39,793 nucleotides of DNA from Elusimicrobiota bacterium (GTDB taxonomy: Bacteria > Elusimicrobiota > Endomicrobiia > CG1-02-37-114 > JAHJSO01). Position numbers and translations under genes: made by a program. This document shows, piece after piece, positions 37,892 through 39,793 of the stretch. Location: NCBI GenBank assembly GCA_043826435.1, contig JBDRQF010000004.1:1-39793 (forward strand). The letters are read 5' to 3'. Numbering within the stretch: position 1 is the stretch's first letter; every line of letters starts with the position of its first letter. Under the pieces are notes generated by a model. That model made no database searches. It was not told the DNA's origin and saw nothing but the letters and a program-made list of their open reading frames with translations.

Positions 37892-37927
37892 AAATAATAC
37901 CGGCGGAATATCAACGAGAAAAACATT

Positions 37928-37955
37928 AAAGCCCCTGCAATAACGGGGGCTTTTT
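37928..37955 (+). terminator. Intrinsic terminator after groEL
   Basis: AAAGCCCCTG-CAATAA-CGGGGGC-TTTTT. Confidence 0.85.
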
Positions 37956-38016
37956 GTTTACCAGGCAGCCACATCCGGCTCTACCGTGTATTCACCCCCG
38001 CCCGAGCGCTCCCGCC

Positions 38017-38045
38017 TTGAAAACCGTCTAAAAATTTGCTACACT
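38017..38045 (+). promoter_or_regulatory. Putative htpX promoter
   Basis: TTGAAA-17nt-TACACT with a TGn extension. Confidence 0.55.
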
Positions 38046-38069
38046 CATACGACGGAAGGAGGCATTGAC

Positions 38070-39038
38070 ATGTTTTACCTTAAAATGAGAATGTACCTGC
38101 TGCTGGCGGCCATGTTTGCAGTCGTTTACGCCGCAGTATCAATGATTTCCTACAACATGGGGGTTCAGAATTTTTATTTTTACGCCGCCATCGCCGGCTT
38201 CTTTATGCTGTTGCAATACCTCATCGGGCCGAAAATCGTTGAATGGTCAATGAGGGTAAAATATGTGGATGCGACGGAACAACCAAAACTCCACCGGATA
38301 ATAGAGGAACTCTCGCAGAAAGCGGGCATACCGAAACCGAAAATCGGCATTGCACAGATACAGATACCGAACGCATTCGCCTTCGGCAGGGGAATATCAG
38401 ACGGCAGGATTTGTGTAACGCAGGGCATAATGCAACTACTTGACGAGAACGAACTCAGGGCTGTGCTCGGACATGAAATCTCCCACCTGAAAAACCGCGA
38501 CGTCCTCACGATTACGCTCCTGTCCGTCATCCCGATGATTATGTACAGGATTGCATGGCATTTTTTGTTCTTCGGGAGGTACGGCAGAAGAAAGGACAGC
38601 AGGGGGCAAAACACCGTCTTAATCGGGCTTGCCGCATTTGTGTTTTACTTTATTACGAACCTGCTGGTACTTTATGCTTCCCGGATAAGGGAGTATTTTG
38701 CAGACAGGGGCTCCGTCTCGCTTGGCAACAGACCCGAATGGCTTGCATCGGCCCTGTATAAACTTGTATATGGCTCTGCCAGGATTGATAAGGAAGCGCT
38801 TAAAGAAGCCGAGGGTCTCAAAGCATTTTTTGTAAACGACCCGTCAAGGGCGCTAAATGAAATCAAGGAACTCTCCCATCTGGATTTAGACAGGAGCGGC
38901 ACGATTGACGCCGCCGAACTCTCAACACTACAAAACAAAAAATTAAGTTTAGGATTCACCGACCATTTAATGGAAATCCTCAGCACCCACCCGAATATGC
39001 TCAAAAGAATAAAACAACTCTCAAGTTTCAAAGAATAA
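38070..39038 (+). CDS. htpX: Zinc metalloprotease HtpX (M48)
   Basis: PNAFA, HEISH, SRIREYFADR and STHP. AAGGAGG RBS favours ATG 38070 over the track start 37986. Confidence 0.93.
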   Translation: MFYLKMRMYLLLAAMFAVVYAAVSMISYNMGVQNFYFYAAIAGFFMLLQYLIGPKIVEWSMRVKYVDATEQPKLHRIIEELSQKAGIPKPKIGIAQIQIPNAFAFGRGISDGRICVTQGIMQLLDENELRAVLGHEISHLKNRDVLTITLLSVIPMIMYRIAWHFLFFGRYGRRKDSRGQNTVLIGLAAFVFYFITNLLVLYASRIREYFADRGSVSLGNRPEWLASALYKLVYGSARIDKEALKEAEGLKAFFVNDPSRALNEIKELSHLDLDRSGTIDAAELSTLQNKKLSLGFTDHLMEILSTHPNMLKRIKQLSSFKE

Positions 39039-39066
39039 ATCTGAAGTGTTTCAAAAAGGAGTGTTT

Positions 39067-39123
39067 ATGACAAATACATTTATTGTTTTGATTGAAAAAG
39101 ATGCATATGGTTTATTAGTATAA
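39067..39123 (+). pseudogene. HicB-like antitoxin N-terminal remnant
   Basis: AAGGAG RBS; MTNTFIVLIEKDAYGLLV* resembles the HicB start pattern (F.V.IEKDEDG.YV). Confidence 0.5.
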
Positions 39124-39132
39124 TCTTTTTAT

Positions 39133-39450
39133 ATGCTCTCTAATACAAAATCTTTTCTTCGTAATCCAATTAAAAGAAAAAGTAAGTTTTATGTCTATAT
39201 CCTTGAATGCAAAGATGGGACATATTACGCAGGATATACAAACAATTTAGAAAAGAGAATTGAATTGCACAATAAGGGATATGGGGCAAAATATCTTCGG
39301 GGGAAATTGCCTGTAGAATTGGTTTATTATAAAGAGTACAAAACGAGAAAATCTGCGATGCATGAAGAAATAAAAATAAAGAATAAGAAACGAGAAGAAA
39401 AGGGAGAGTTAATTAAAGAATATGAAACAAAAACAAAATGGCGAACATAA
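39133..39450 (+). CDS. Stand-alone GIY-YIG nuclease (UPF0213/YazA-like)
   Basis: YVYILECKDGTYYAGYT.NLEKR...HN.G.GAKY...P..LVY and A..EE..IK. Confidence 0.9.
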   Translation: MLSNTKSFLRNPIKRKSKFYVYILECKDGTYYAGYTNNLEKRIELHNKGYGAKYLRGKLPVELVYYKEYKTRKSAMHEEIKIKNKKREEKGELIKEYETKTKWRT

Positions 39451-39451
39451 A

Positions 39452-39571
39452 CAATTAAACGATGAGGAATATAAAATCTTGAAATCACAAATTGTGATTT
39501 CAATTTGGGGTGGTATTAGACGTGCTAATCCATATGCATTTACAGAACAGGGATTGGTAATTGGAATATAA
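39452..39571 (+). pseudogene. ORF6N DNA-binding domain remnant
   Basis: QLNDEEYKILKSQIVISIWGGIRRANPYAFTEQG matches the second half of ORF6N; the N-half and the AMLSSVL continuation are missing. Confidence 0.8.
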
Positions 39572-39654
39572 ACTTTCAAAATCCTTACTTATTTACTAAT
39601 GCGATAGAGATGTTATCCATTGGACAAAATAAATTACATAACCGAATTAAAGAA

Positions 39655-39793
39655 GCTGAATTCAACGTGCAAGTGCAACACAAGAGTTAAAGACCTCTAA
39701 AGGTGTTTTGAAACCAAGGCACTTTTTTGGTCTTCTGTTTAACATATTTTCGACCTTTTTAACTTGCTCTTTGTTAATTATAGCAAAATCTGT
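39655..39793 (-). mobile_element. IS30-family element right end (transposase C-terminus 39793-39662 and terminal IR)
   Basis: Minus strand reads TDFAIINKEQVKKVENMLNRRPKKCLGFKTPLEVFNSCVALAR*. IR-like GCTGAATTCAACGTGCAAGTGCAAC overlaps the stop codon. Confidence 0.85.

Noticed and set aside
37986..38069. N-terminal extension of HtpX in the ORF track
   Set aside because: It contains the likely promoter and the strong SD for ATG 38070.
39133..39450. GIY-YIG gene as mobiliser of the CGTC-type repeats
   Set aside because: No repeat copies flank it here, so the link is unsupported.
1..39793. tRNA, rRNA or known riboswitch
   Set aside because: None recognised by eye; a tRNAscan-SE or Rfam scan would be needed to exclude them.

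Overview
This is a bacterial chromosomal window, almost all + strand, from a diderm organism (Lol transporter, lipoproteins, beta-barrels); the lineage cannot be determined from sequence alone. (1) 1-4845 is an AT-rich defence island: a type III restriction-modification operon (mod 3' end, res) with a 3-TM hypothetical protein and a single-chain DarT-macrodomain (DarTG-like) fusion lying between mod and res. (2) 4895-18451 holds housekeeping genes (DUF3467, cinA, thpR, polysaccharide deacetylase, ruvX, mltG, DUF502, hisS) mixed with signalling genes: a GAF histidine kinase, a CRP-type regulator and a coupled operon of Ig-like protein, CHASE2 adenylate cyclase, DUF3307 and PHP protein. (3) 18414-23657 has a stand-alone MEDS protein and a trehalose cluster (otsAB fusion, small membrane ORF, DUF5752, treT). 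(4) 23745-31709 has two GAF-HD-GYP proteins, rsmI, argC, coaX, a barrel protein and lolE/lolD. (5) 31829-35841 is an envelope operon of LPP20/FlgP-like, FlgO-like+barrel, FlgT-like and FecR proteins. (6) Next come groES-groEL with a variant CIRCE, htpX with an EF-hand-like insert, and an AT-rich tail of remnants (hicB-like, GIY-YIG, ORF6N, IS30 end). The main observation is two perfect intergenic CRP boxes (TGTGA-N6-TCACA), one before the cyclase operon and one before the envelope operon, suggesting a local cAMP-CRP circuit. Palindromic REP/RPE-like repeats have invaded gene ends and form a nested insertion. All domain calls come from motif recognition, not database searches.
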